A DNA stretch of 63,089 nt, the filler included, from Octopus bimaculoides (lineage: Eukaryota): the NCBI RefSeq assembly GCF_001194135.2. It is 5 parts of 5 records of this genome, joined end to end, with 100 filler letters (N's around TTAATTAATTAA, not from the genome) between each part and the next. Parts side by side here need not be neighbours in the genome. Positions count along the whole stretch, not along the records: positions 31,328 to 46,722 come from NC_069005.1; positions 46,823 to 57,091 come from NC_068982.1; 3 more parts are not named here. The stretch is one strand, 5' to 3'. Numbering within the stretch: the first letter of the stretch is position 1; each line of letters starts with the position of its first letter. Shown in pieces: positions 38,328-50,645 of the stretch. A model generated the notes under the pieces. The model did not search any database. It was given only the letters and a program-made list of their open reading frames with translations, and was not told the DNA's origin. The position numbers and the translations under genes were made by a program.

Positions 38328-38977
38328 ATGGAAAAGGCCGGCGTGGTGTGGCCATGTCAGCCATTTCCTCGTTTGCGTCACTGATGCTCATCTCTACGTT
38401 GGGCAAGAGTAACGTGGCAGGGGACACGGAAGATGATCTTTATGGCCGCGCCCTCGAAGAGGCAATGAAAGACGATCAAGACGACAACGATGACACGGCA
38501 AACGGCATTCTCATGGAAGAAGACGAAGAAGAAGATGACGACGACGATGACGACGAAGAAGATAGGGTCGGTGACGACGATGATGACGACGACGACGACA
38601 ATGACAATGACAATGACATTGAAAGCGGACAACGAAGCTCAATTAGTTCAGCAATGGACGAAAACTTAAACTGTCGACGAGCCGTGAAAATGGCACGAAA
38701 TAAAGCTGCAGCAGCAGCGGCGGCGGCGGCGGCAGCAGCAGCAGCAGCTGCCAGTATTGCAGGTAGCAGTAGTTCTGCAAGTACTTCATATGCTCGTCGC
38801 AACACTATTCCACAGCCAGTGTTGGCAACTTCAAACCGCAGCAGTATGCTATATTATATTAACAACGGCTATGCACTCCACGAACCAGATGATTCGGATA
38901 CGGATCGGCGGCCAAGTCTTCTAAGTACTAACTCTATCCATAGTCTCCCCGGGTTACCAACAAGTGACACTTTTTTG
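38328..38977 (+). CDS. Hv3: Hv3-like long C-terminal exon (Y-GKGRRGVAMSAISSFASLMLISTLGK...D/E tract...poly-Ala...RRNT...RRPS...SDTFL)
   Basis: Strong polypyrimidine tract plus ccag|. Phase 1 start completes a TAT codon with the previous exon. 216 further open codons, then donor TTG|gtaagt in phase 0. Confidence 0.85.
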
Positions 38978-39279
38978 GTAAGTGCCTTTCTTTGTCATAA
39001 TCTATGTCCGATTTCTTCACGCCATTTGTTACAAATTGTCAGAAATATTCATAAACACACTCGATTACGTATCTAATTTTTCTGCCAAAGAATTTTAACC
39101 TTATTGCAGAAGTAGATATGTAGAATTCTCCCCTTGAGGTAAGTATTTTGGAGCGAAGCTTCAAGGTGTTGGGAAATATAAACAGAATTGTTTCTTGTAG
39201 GTCTCTTTTGCCGAAACGCACCAACACCGGTAGTCAAGTGGTGTTGGGGGACAAACAGAGATATATATATAGAGAGAGA

Positions 39280-40143
39280 GAGGGTACGGTGAATAAACTG
39301 TCGTCTAAATTACGCAAAAATGAAAATAACACTCACATCTCATTTTAACAAATATATTTACCAAAATTACATAAAACTATCTTGAAATACTAAAGAGTAA
39401 ATTCACTCAATAAAATCGCCATTGGCTTCAACCACGGCCTCCAGACGACTTCGGAATTTCCTGCAGCTCATCTGGACGGTCTCCTTGTTTAAGTTGGTGA
39501 ATGCTGCCGTAATCCTTGCCATCATCTTTAGTGTTACAAGAAGTTTCCTTGATCTCTCGATCAACTGCGCCCCACACATAATAATGAAGGAGGCTGCAGT
39601 CTTGGGAGTTAAGTGACCAGATGCTAGGGGTGATGTGGTCGCAGAAATTGTCTAACAGCCATGACTGGGTTCTCTTGCTTGTGTGGCATGGTGCAGAGTC
39701 CTGTTGCCACTCAGAGTCTTCCAGTAGCCACCCTCTTGACACAGGGCAGCACTGTCTCTTCCAGGCACCTGATGGAGGCCTCTGTGTCGAGTCTGAGGCC
39801 GTGTGGGAAGATGGAGGCATAACGTCACCATCACTAGTGATCACTCCAAACACCATGATGTTGACTGGATGTTTGATTTTTTTTTCACCCTCGATACAGA
39901 TTGCATTGTCCTCGTATTGACACCCAAACGCTCTGAAATGTTCGTATTGGAGCTTCCAGCGCGAATACCAAGCAGCACAGCATGTCATTTCCAAATTTCT
40001 AGCAGAGTGAATTGCTGTTTTTTTCTCGCAGACGATGCCCAACTGACCCTACCATATTGTATAGTCGATAAAATAAAATAAAAACAATGCGCATGCGCGA
40101 AATTAAAAATATAAAATGATGACGATTTATTCATCGCACCCTG
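39280..40143 (-). mobile_element. Internally deleted maT (DD37D-type Tc1/mariner) element
   Basis: TIRs agggtacggtgaataaactgtcgtc (39281) and gacgatttattcatcgcaccctg+TA (to 40143). Transposase remnant KHPVNIMVFGVITSDGDVMPP...WQQDSAPCHTSKRTQSWL...NSQDCSLLHYYVWG, with 37 residues between D and the (mutated, H) third catalytic position. Confidence 0.85.
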
Positions 40144-40154
40144 TATATATGCAC

Positions 40155-40313
40155 GGCGGGCTCCTTTCTGTTTCCATCAACCAAATCCACTCTCAGAGCT
40201 TTGGTCGGCCCAAGACTGTAGTCGAAGAAAGACACTTGCCAAAGGTGCCTCGCAGTGGGACTGAACCCTGAACCATGTGGTTGGGAAGGAAACCTTTTAC
40301 CACAAAGCCACGC
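40155..40313 (-). mobile_element. tRNA-derived SINE (second family)
   Basis: Reverse complement carries ggttcagggttcagtcccactgcg (B-box-like), then gcaagtgtct...gggccgaccaaagc...gtggatttggttga. A sister copy is at 58720-58858. Confidence 0.8.
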
Positions 40314-41969
40314 TTTTTTAATTCAGGCAATTCCAGTGGATTCGTCATGGTTTAAATTTAATTTTTCTGTTACTTGAAAGACTAGCGCTATAAATACTAA
40401 AAGCTTGGTTCTTTTACATATTTTGTTTAAGATCATTCTGAAGAATGAAAACAAGCATTAGTCTACATGAATTCACATTAGAGGCTTCAGTTCTTGAGAC
40501 CTATATACAAGTTCAATATGGAGTCTAATGTCCACTTGAAATCTGTGAGTAATGATGGACAAGATGTATTTCAGAAGAAAGTTAATAATTCAAGGAGTTC
40601 CCCAGAAGATACATATGTCATAAGTTCTAAAGCTTTTGTGTGGTATGATGGTGTAACACTTTACAGCAATAGCCGTTTGTTGGAGTCGTTAAATGTAATA
40701 ATTTAGCGACTTCTGGGAGTACACTTGTCCGAAGTTCTATGCAGTGGGACTGAACCCATATTTTTGTTGGTGATGATGTGGGTGAAGTTTAGATAATTAA
40801 CATAGGCGTACTTTATAACACTAAATGTCGCATACTGAAGAGAAAATTGTACCTTAAGGTTGTGGATATTACAGGCAATATGGAGTAGAAGTAATGTAAA
40901 TAACTAATGAGCGAAACACTCCGTAAAATACTTTTTTTTTTATAGTGTATCAAGATATAGAGGAATCATGGACGGAAGTAGAAGATGAACAGGAGCATAG
41001 TGTGTTTAGGGCTCATTTAATGCCGAGGTTCTGTTGGTGCTTGAACGCTGGTTCATAGGGATTAAGAGTATAGCAAAAAATATCGAGTAAAGCCCGCGTT
41101 TTTAAAAGTGTTAAGATGACATGGTTGATGGGGAAATAAGTCAGTTGAGTATTCCAACGTGACGGACAGATTTTCCACATTCGTTTTGCTTTGAATACCT
41201 TTCTAAAGGGGTTGTTTTACTCAAAACACCAGCACTAGTTAAATATTTCTAAGATAACCTTGGCTCAGCACCTTTTGTAACACGCAATTTTTCTATATAT
41301 TTTATAAGCAATCTATGTGTGTTCATGTGCAATGGTGAAACGTTTTATTCAATACATACCATCACCAAGTGACATTTCCTCAATTTGTTCAGTCAATAAT
41401 ATATCGAATTTAATTAGAATAAGTGTCACGAGCGTTTACATAGGAAAGGTTCTACCCTACACGAGAACTTCAATTTTTGTTTTTATGTAGAGTTAGAATA
41501 CGAACCAGAAAATTAAGGTCGGTAGATTGATGCCGCATTAGTTCAGCTGCCTGCTATTATGGAAACTGAAAAAAAAAATGAGTTTGCGAGAATTACTAGT
41601 AAAGAGGAGATACATTTGTGTGATTTGTTATTAAGGAGGAGATAAATTTGTGGGTTGTGTGAGTAAAGGGGAGATAAATCTATTTGATACGTGAGTAAAG
41701 AAGAGTCTTCTTTGCAGGAAAGAGTTTTGATTAACCATGACAGGCTCTGTTTCACAGTACACCAGCTTAGTTTATTTCACGATTAAATTAAACTTTGTTA
41801 TTTCATTGTTTTATTTTAAAACTCTAAAATCGATTCGTTTTTCTTTAATACTAAATATGTTTAGCTTCTCTCTCACGTCACTATTTTTAATTTTCCTTCT
41901 TTCGATCTTTTTTATATCCATAATTTTCCCTCTATTTTCTTTTGTCTTATTTTTTGCTGTGTTTTCTAG

Positions 41970-42005
41970 AGTTTTGACGTGGCAACACAAATGACCTACC
42001 TGTGA
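41970..42005 (+). CDS. Hv3: Hv3-like terminal coding exon (SFDVATQMTYL*)
   Basis: A very long pyrimidine tract ends ttttctag|. Phase 0 matches the 38977 donor. TGA at 42003-42005. The end conforms to a class I PDZ ligand (T-x-L). Confidence 0.7.
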   Translation, partial: SFDVATQMTYL

Positions 42006-43840
42006 AGACGAAGAAACGTTAGTATGTGTTTTACACTTTAACATTTGGAAAGCTTGAGCCATGAACATGTGAGGAGCAGTAGAGAAAAGATGAAACTTTC
42101 TTGATCATCATCAAATGCTTCCCAGTTAAAATGGTCGCTTTTTGTTGGGGGAACCGGGTAACGATGCCACTAAATATCAGGGTAGAGAAAAGAAGAGAAG
42201 TCACTTAAGATGAGGGTAAAGAAGCATTGCTTAAGAACCGGGTAAATGCTGAATCATGGTAAACTCGTATGTTGCAAAACGAATGGGGTGGAAAAAAAAA
42301 CGAAATCAAGGAAAATGTGGACAGGTGAAGAAAAACAGTAAAAATAATAAAAGCTATGAATGTTCTATGATAAATGTTGTTGGAAGAAAATATATTCAAA
42401 ATAAAGATGGACTGTTCAAAGTATATTCTCCCAGTTGACGGTTTCACAGCAGGTGTAATACAAGGTGGCACCCACCCACAAACCGTATGTTTAAAACAAT
42501 TTTAAAATGGACAAAAGTGGAAAGAGAAGTTGAATTGAGCGAAGAGGATGAGGGCAACAACAGCAGCAACGACAACAAAAACGAAAATTAAAACAACATA
42601 GACAACAACAGCAAAGCTTTCCAGTTCGTCGATAACTCGTGAAAATAGCATCGAAACGTTTCATCTTCAAAACACCGATATAAATCACATATTCCGTACA
42701 TAGTGTACGATGTAGGATATGTGGAATCCAAAAACAAAAAAAAAATTAATAAAATAAACAATACACGACATTACCTTACGAACAATGAATTGTAAAAGCA
42801 TTCACGGTCACGTGACTGCCCGTATATGTATGTTGCGAGTGTTGTACATGTGTACAAGAAAGAGAGACAGAGACAGACAAAGTGAATGTGTGAGTGTGTA
42901 AGTATGAGTTTATATATGTGTGTCTGTGTGTTTACGTGTATTATTAAATACACTACAGGATATATTATTTACAACATATAAAACACACCAAACAATTCAA
43001 ACCANNNNNNNNNNNNNNNNNNNNNNNNNNNNNNNNNNNNNNNNNNNNNNNNNNNNNNNNNNNNNNNNNNNNNNNNNNNNNNNNNNNNNNNNNNNNNNNN
43101 NNNNNNNNNNNNNNNNNNNNNNNNNNNNNNNNCCCCCGTTACACGAAAAGGGTTAGTTTCATGATTTTCTTATTTCGATTTTGTTCACTTAAATTTCTTT
43201 ATTGAACACTTCTAGTTACTTACACCTTCTTCTTCTTCTTCTTCCTTCTACTTCTCTTTCTCTCTCTTCTTTTTCTTCTTCCCTTCTCTTTTTCTCTCCA
43301 CCTCCTCTTCCTCCACCTCCTCTTCCTCCTCCTCCTCCTCCTCCTGCATTGATTTCATTTTATTTTTTATTGAAGTACAACAAAAACGAAAACAAGAAAA
43401 CTACACAGTAACCAAAGACAGTTTCCGGAAGAAGCCATTTTGGCTGTCGAATATTCTGATTTTCAATCTTTTTTTTTTGTTTGTTTGTTTTTTGTTATAA
43501 TAACAATTATATATTTATAATTTCCCATCTATTTTCCATATTTGTTTTTGGGTGGGGGCGGGTGTTTTGCCAACATATTTTGAAAAATCAGTCCCTTCTT
43601 TTACCTGTTCAAATTTTGTTTAAACATACGTGTACATTTTTCACATACCATGACGCAACATATACAGCAAAACTACACACACACGCACACACACATTTAT
43701 ACACACCCATTCATATAAACACACTCATGTTGTTCAAAACGTATACATACATAAATACATGCACACACACATATATACGAGTATGTATATATACATATAT
43801 ATGTATATATACATGCTTACACACACACACACACACGCAC

Positions 43841-43879
<39 letters not shown>

Positions 43880-44019
43880 TGTATATATATATACATGTAT
43901 ATGTGTATATATATATTCGTGTGTATGTACGTCTGGAAAATTATGCATATGTGTTCTTATATTTGTACTGTTATCTATGTATAGGTTTCTACAAACCTAC
44001 ATTTATCAATGAGCGTATA

Positions 44020-44051
<32 letters not shown>

Positions 44052-44330
44052 CGTGTATATGTATGTATGTATATGTATGTATATATATGTATATGTATGT
44101 ATGTATATACATATGTATCATGTATGTATGTATGATGTATGTATGTGCGCATGTATGCAGATATTTAGGTGTGTTTGTTTGTGGCTATATACACAAAATT
44201 ACAAAATTTAGTGAGAATTTTTTTTNNNNNNNNNNNNNNNNNNNNNNNNNNNNNNNNNNNNNNNNNNNNNNNNNNNNNNNNNNNNNNNNNNNNNNNNNNN
44301 NNNNNNNNNNNNNNNNNNNNNNNNNATTAC

Positions 44331-44370
<40 letters not shown>

Positions 44371-45239
44371 GGTAATTTACATTTGATTTGTTACACATCC
44401 GAATGGTTCTATTATTAAACCTTTTATAGAAGAAAACTCTTTATGCAAAAATCCTTTGATTCAATAATCGACTGATTGAGTGACAACTGAATTGAGTGAT
44501 TGGATGCATAACTGAGTAACTGAGTGATTGAGAAATTGACTGATTGACTGGTTTCTTGTTGATCTTTAAAGAATATAGAAATTATTTTTTCGAGAAATTT
44601 GGATAAACGGCTTCAGTGAACTGTGACTGAGTAAGTTACGGTTCAGTGGTTCGATGAGCTATGGTCGAGTGACTCAGTTATATACTGTCTTGTGGTTTAA
44701 AGGAATAATTGGGCAGACACGAAGTGATTGCATGATAATAATTGATTTGTGACAAAATGTGTCATAGACTCAATTATCTCTATCTGAGCAACTCTGTCAC
44801 AGAATTACTCAATGACTTTTTCACCCATTAACTAAAAGATTTATACATGAGTGACTCAGTAATTCCGTTATACGGTGACATAGAATTTTAGGATGTAGAA
44901 TTTATATTGTTGAGGAATACAGAAATAATTACGAAAGAAATTTTGAAAACTTGCGGAGCCTTGAGGATTGAGTTGAGGAGACGAAACTCAGGGACATGAA
45001 CCAGGAGTGTCCAGTCTACCAATGGTAACAACCAAATACAATTTGATAGATGTGGCTAAACAATATGAATGAAATTACTGCCAGACATGGTGATTAAATC
45101 GTGTGATAGACTGGCCCAAAGTATTGTCCGCATATCGAAGCATAATAAACCAGAGTCAGAAGACTGATATCTACGGTAGGCCAAGTAACAGTCAAGGTCA
45201 AGAGATGCCATGGAGGTTTCTTTATGAATTTGATGCTTA

Positions 45240-45297
<58 letters not shown>

Positions 45298-47110
45298 NNN
45301 NNNNNNNNNNNNNNNNNNNNNNNNNNNNNNNNNNNNNNNNNNNNNNNNNNNNNNNNNNNNNNNNNNNNNNNNNNNNNNNNNNNNNNNNNNNNNNNNNNNN
45401 NNNNNNNNNNNNNNNNNNNNNNNNNNNNNNNNNNNNNNNNNNNNNNNNNNNNNNNNNNNNNNNNNNNNNNNNNNNNNNNNNNNNNNNNNNNNNNNNNNNN
45501 NNNNNNNNNNNNNNNNNNNNNNNNNNNNNNNNNNNNNNNNNNNNNNNNNNNNNNNNNNNNNNNNNNNNNNNNNNNNNNNNNNNNNNNNNNNNNNNNNNNN
45601 NNNNNNNNNNNNNNNNNNNNNNNNNNNNNNNNNNNNNNNNNNNNNNNNNNNNNNNNNNNNNNNNNNNNNNNNNNNNNNNNNNNNNNNNNNNNNNNNNNNN
45701 NNNNNNNNNNNNNNNNNNNNNNNNNNNNNNNNNNNNNNNNNNNNNNNNNNNNNNNNNNNNNNNNNNNNNNNNNNNNNNNNNNNNNNNNNNNNNNNNNNNN
45801 NNNNNNNNNNNNNNNNNNNNNNNNNNNNNNNNNNNNNNNNNNNNNNNNNNNNNNNNNNNNNNNNNNNNNNNNNNNNNNNNNNNNNNNNNNNNNNNNNNNN
45901 NNNNNNNNNNNNNNNNNNNNNNNNNNNNNNNNNNNNNNNNNNNNNNNNNNNNNNNNNNNNNNNNNNNNNNNNNNNNNNNNNNNNNNNNNNNNNNNNNNNN
46001 NNNNNNNNNNNNNNNNNNNNNNNNNNNNNNNNNNNNNNNNNNNNNNNNNNNNNNNNNNNNNNNNNNNNNNNNNNNNNNNNNNNNNNNNNNNNNNNNNNNN
46101 NNNNNNNNNNNNNNNNNNNNNNNNNNNNNNNNNNNNNNNNNNNNNNNNNNNNNNNNNNNNNNNNNNNNNNNNNNNNNNNNNNNNNNNNNNNNNNNNNNNN
46201 NNNNNNNNNNNNNNNNNNNNNNNNNNNNNATATATATATATATGTATATACATACATATATACATGATATATAAATATATTTACATACATTTATATGTAT
46301 GTACATACGTGCATACATACATATATGCATGCATGCATACGTACATGCATACGTACGTAAGTACATACATACATGCATATACGTGTATACATACATACAT
46401 GCGTGCATACATACATACATACATACATACATACATACATACATACATGCATGCATATTTACATATGTACGTACTTATACATTCTGCTCAAAAGTTTCAA
46501 AAATCTCGGCATTCTATCTTTTCTGTAACTTTCAACCGACTAATGCATGTTTGACTGCGCACGCGCACGCATGTCAGTTTGGCGGTGTGTATGTATGCAT
46601 GCATGTGAGAGCGTATTATGTGTATCCATATATTTGTTTGCATATACATATACACATACGTAATATATTAGTACATATAAGCATATACCCATGCAAACAA
46701 GCATGTATGCATGTATATGTATNNNNNNNNNNNNNNNNNNNNNNNNNNNNNNNNNNNNNNNNNNNNTTAATTAATTAANNNNNNNNNNNNNNNNNNNNNN
46801 NNNNNNNNNNNNNNNNNNNNNNCATATTAAAACCAAGTGGGAGAGAGCAGAGGAAGAATATATACCCTGCTATGTCAAGATGGACTTATATATATATATA
46901 TTCTTCCTCTGCTCTCTCCCACTTGGTTTTAATATGTTGCCACATTTGTAATATGTCTTTTTTTTCTACATTTTTTTCTACATTTTTTCGTGCAGCTGAA
47001 GATTGCTCTTCATATTGCATTTAAGGTAATGCTCACATTACTTAAATAAATTGAAGTAGCATGAAACGTGCGTACTGCAATCACTTTTGAAATCCGTGTT
47101 GCTTATTATT

Positions 47111-47145
<35 letters not shown>

Positions 47146-47289
47146 CATGGAGGAAGTAGATAGACCCCTTTAATTTTCAAAATATCCGATCTAAGCATCT
47201 TAATATGCTTTCAGTAGTGTAAAATTTACAATGAAATTATTCTTTTTCATTCCAGGTGCCATTCTATTAAACATTTGTGAAGAGTAAAC

Positions 47290-48263
47290 ATGCCACACAC
47301 AAAAAACCCAGCAGAATTGCCTGATTTTCAAAGAGGTCATATTGTTGGGCAATCTGAGGCTGGTCTGTGCCAGCGAAAAAGTGCCGAAAGTCTTCAAATT
47401 CCTCTTACCACTGTTAATAGAATTATAGTGCAATTCAAAAAAAGAATCAACAGATTCTCATCCTGGCTGACCTGGGCCCTCAGAAAGGAAGCTTCGCTAT
47501 CTGAAGAGAATTGTGGAAAAGGCTTCTGACATTGCAAAACAGGTAGAAGTTAGTTCAAGAACGTGTGTTACATATCTGCATAAGCTTGGGTATTATGGAT
47601 GAGCAGCTAGAGGAATATCTCTCCTTCAACCAATTAATATCATGCAAAGAAAGAAATGGGCTAAGGAGATGTGAGAAAAATCCAGTTCATGAATTCAGAT
47701 TTGCATTATTTTCAGACAGTGGACATGTTTTGGTCTGGAGGCTTCCCAATCAAGAATTTGATATGAAACAACTCTAACCAGCTGTGAAAGCTGGCGATAT
47801 CTCTGTAATGATATGGGGAGCTGTCACCAGCAATGGCTGTTCTGAGATGATCGAATGTGTTGGAACCATAAACTCTGAAAAATACATTGAAATACTTAAG
47901 CAAGGACTACTTCCGATATATTCACATGGTAACATAACGAAAAATGAGTTTTTATTCATGGAAGATGAGGCTCCGTGCCACACAGCGAAATGGAATCAAC
48001 AATGGCTGACTGAAAATGGGATCTAAAAGCTTCCTTGGCTGAGCCAATCTCCTGATATGAACCCAAGTGAAAATCTGTGGAGCATACTTGATAGGGCTAT
48101 ATGAAAAACTAGACAGAAACTTAAATCTAAAGATGAATTGTTTTGATTGATGCGTGAAAAGTGGGCAGAAATTCCACAAGAGATGATCACAAAACTCACC
48201 AGTTCAATGCCAAAAAGAGTTTCTGAATTAAAAACTGCAAAGGGAATGTCAACTAAATACTAA
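47290..48263 (+). pseudogene. Tc1 transposase (DD34E), disrupted
   Basis: ELPDFQRGHIVGQSEAG (HTH), LFSD, MIWGAV, FMEDEAPCHTAK..., SPDMNPSENLWS with exactly 34 residues between D and E, ending SMPKRV..LKTAKGMSTKY*. Several stops and frameshifts. Confidence 0.92.
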
Positions 48264-48689
48264 AGGGAAATTACTGTGTGGTTGACTGTTATTAAGACAA
48301 AAGAGCTATTAGAATGACAGCTAAGTGAGGGGAGGGAGTAAAAATGTCCATAGTATTCGCACCAGTCCATACATACACATGTGCGCCCACACACCCATGT
48401 ACATGCACCTACATATATATATATATATACTCATCCATCCTCACTTGAAATACATACATACTCACCCACACATTCGCCAAAAAAAAAAATATATATATAT
48501 ATACCCGCATACAGGCTCACACACATACATGCGTGCAACATGCTCACACATATACATATGCATGCAAAAAGGTTCATACACACGTCTTTTTTGAACATGG
48601 CCCAGAAGATAGTACAGCAGCTGACATGGATGCACAGGATGCAAACTCAAAGCTATGCACTCCAATGCATGAGACAGCCCCAGGTGAGA

Positions 48690-49800
48690 GGCCCAGGATG
48701 GCCACCACTAACACCTACCCTGATATTGCACCCATATCCCTACTGAATATTGGTGGCTTGCTACAACTCAGCAACAGAGGTAAAATTCTCTATCTAAAAG
48801 AGCTTGTTACATGCAATCAAGCAATATGCATGGCACTCACTGAAACACATCTAGACCCTGATGTAACAGATGTGGAAGTGCACATGCTAGGGTATTCTGT
48901 ATTTCATACAGACAGAAGATAAAGAAGCCATGGCATAGTTGCTATGTACATTCATGAAGACGTCACACCTCTTGCATTATTGTCACATTCAAACTCAGTT
49001 TGTGACACCTTAATAATACATGTAAAGCAAGCTGATGTAGCTATATGCACAATATATTGTTCCCCAAATACCACAAAATATGATGGAAAATTTCAGGATA
49101 GCCTCAAACCCATTGAAGAGGTATTAACAAACCGAGATCAGAACATCAACATACTCTTCCTGGGTGATTTCAACTTCTCACATGTCAAATGGCCAGAAGG
49201 CCACATCCTCTCTGGGATGTCACTGCATGAACAAAAGCATATAGAGTCATTATTTGAACTTACTAATCAGCTGTTCATAGAGCAAGTGATACTCAGGCCT
49301 ACCAAAGGGAGCAACATATTGGACCTATGCTTCACAAATAATGTGGAGCTCATCCATAATGTGAAGGTTACACCAATGGCACTCTCAGGCCATGACATTG
49401 TTAAACTAACTATGTATGGTCCTGTGCAAACTGCTGGTATCTACTTTATTAGGAGGACTTGAGCCTTATACAACCTGAATTTCCATAAGGTGAAATGGGA
49501 ATCGATCTGCAAAGAGGTAGATCCACAAACAAAACTGATCCAACATTCTCTGTATGCAAGATATTGATCTGAAACTCAGCCAGCTTATGTCAAGCTATAT
49601 GCACTAAATATGTCCCCGAAAGAAAGGCCAGCACACTGTCAAACAAGATTCCCAGGGACAGAAAAATCCTCATGAGATGTAGGTCGAAAATCTCAAAGCG
49701 GCTGAATAGCCAACTGATGGATAAAGAGAAGTCTGTTTTAACACAGATGCTCCTAGAAATTGAATGCAAGATCAAACTCTCTCATGAAACATGCTACATG
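48690..49800 (+). mobile_element. CR1/Jockey-like LINE ORF2, AP-endonuclease region, truncated before RT
   Basis: LLNIGGL, MALTETHL, GYSVFHTDR, LFLGDFNF, PTKGSNILDLCFTN, SGHDIV, LNFHKVKW. ORFs 48533-48922 and 48944-49462 are in one frame, separated by a single TAA. Confidence 0.9.
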
Positions 49801-50052
49801 GATGATTCTCTAGGCCTCTTCAGAGATTTTATAAAGTTCATAAGGTTAAGTTAAAAATATAAAAATATAAAAACCGTAAAAACCCACATATATATGCATA
49901 CTTTAACATATACATAGATATATATAAATACATATATGTACATTTAAATGTACATACACAAATGTCCATAAATGCACACAAATGAATAAATTATTATTGT
50001 TATTATACATGAGGAGGACACATATATACACACCCACACATACATAATGTAT

Positions 50053-50106
<54 letters not shown>

Positions 50107-50613
50107 GTGCATATATATATATATGTGTGTATGTATATATATATATATNNNNNNNNNNNNNNNNNNNNNNNNNNNNNNNNNNNNNNNNNNNNNNNNNNNN
50201 NNNNNNNNNNNNNNNNNNNNNNNNNNNNNNNNNNNNNNNNNNNNNNNNNNNNNNNNNNNNNNNNNNNNNNNNNNNNNNNNNNNNNNNNNNNNNNNNNNNN
50301 NNNNNNNNNNNNNNNNNNNNNNNNNNNNNNNNNNNNNNNNNNNNNNNNNNNNNNNNNNNNNNNNNNNNNNNNNNNNNNNNNNNNNNNNNNNNNNNNNNNN
50401 NNNNNNNNNNNNNNNNNNNNNNNNNNNNNNNNNNNNNNNNNNNNNNNNNNNNNNNNNNNNNNNNNNNNNNNNNNNNNNNNNNNNNNNNNNNNNNNNNNNN
50501 NNNNNNNNNNNNNNNNNNNNNNNNNNNNNNNNNNNNNNNNNNNNNNNNNNNNNNNNNNNNNNNNNNNNNNNNNNNNNNNNNNNNNNNNNNNNNNNNNNNN
50601 NNNNNNNNNNNNN

Positions 50614-50645
<32 letters not shown>

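Noticed and set aside
38378-38805. Minus-strand ORFs 38378-38632 and 38476-38805
   Set aside because: Antisense shadows of the GAC/GAT/GCA repeats in the real + strand exon.
46823-46936. Perfect 42-bp inverted repeat (46823-46864 / 46895-46936)
   Set aside because: It is 100% identical and starts exactly at a gap edge, which is typical of a chimeric read or contig-end artefact. Long reads would be needed to rescue it.
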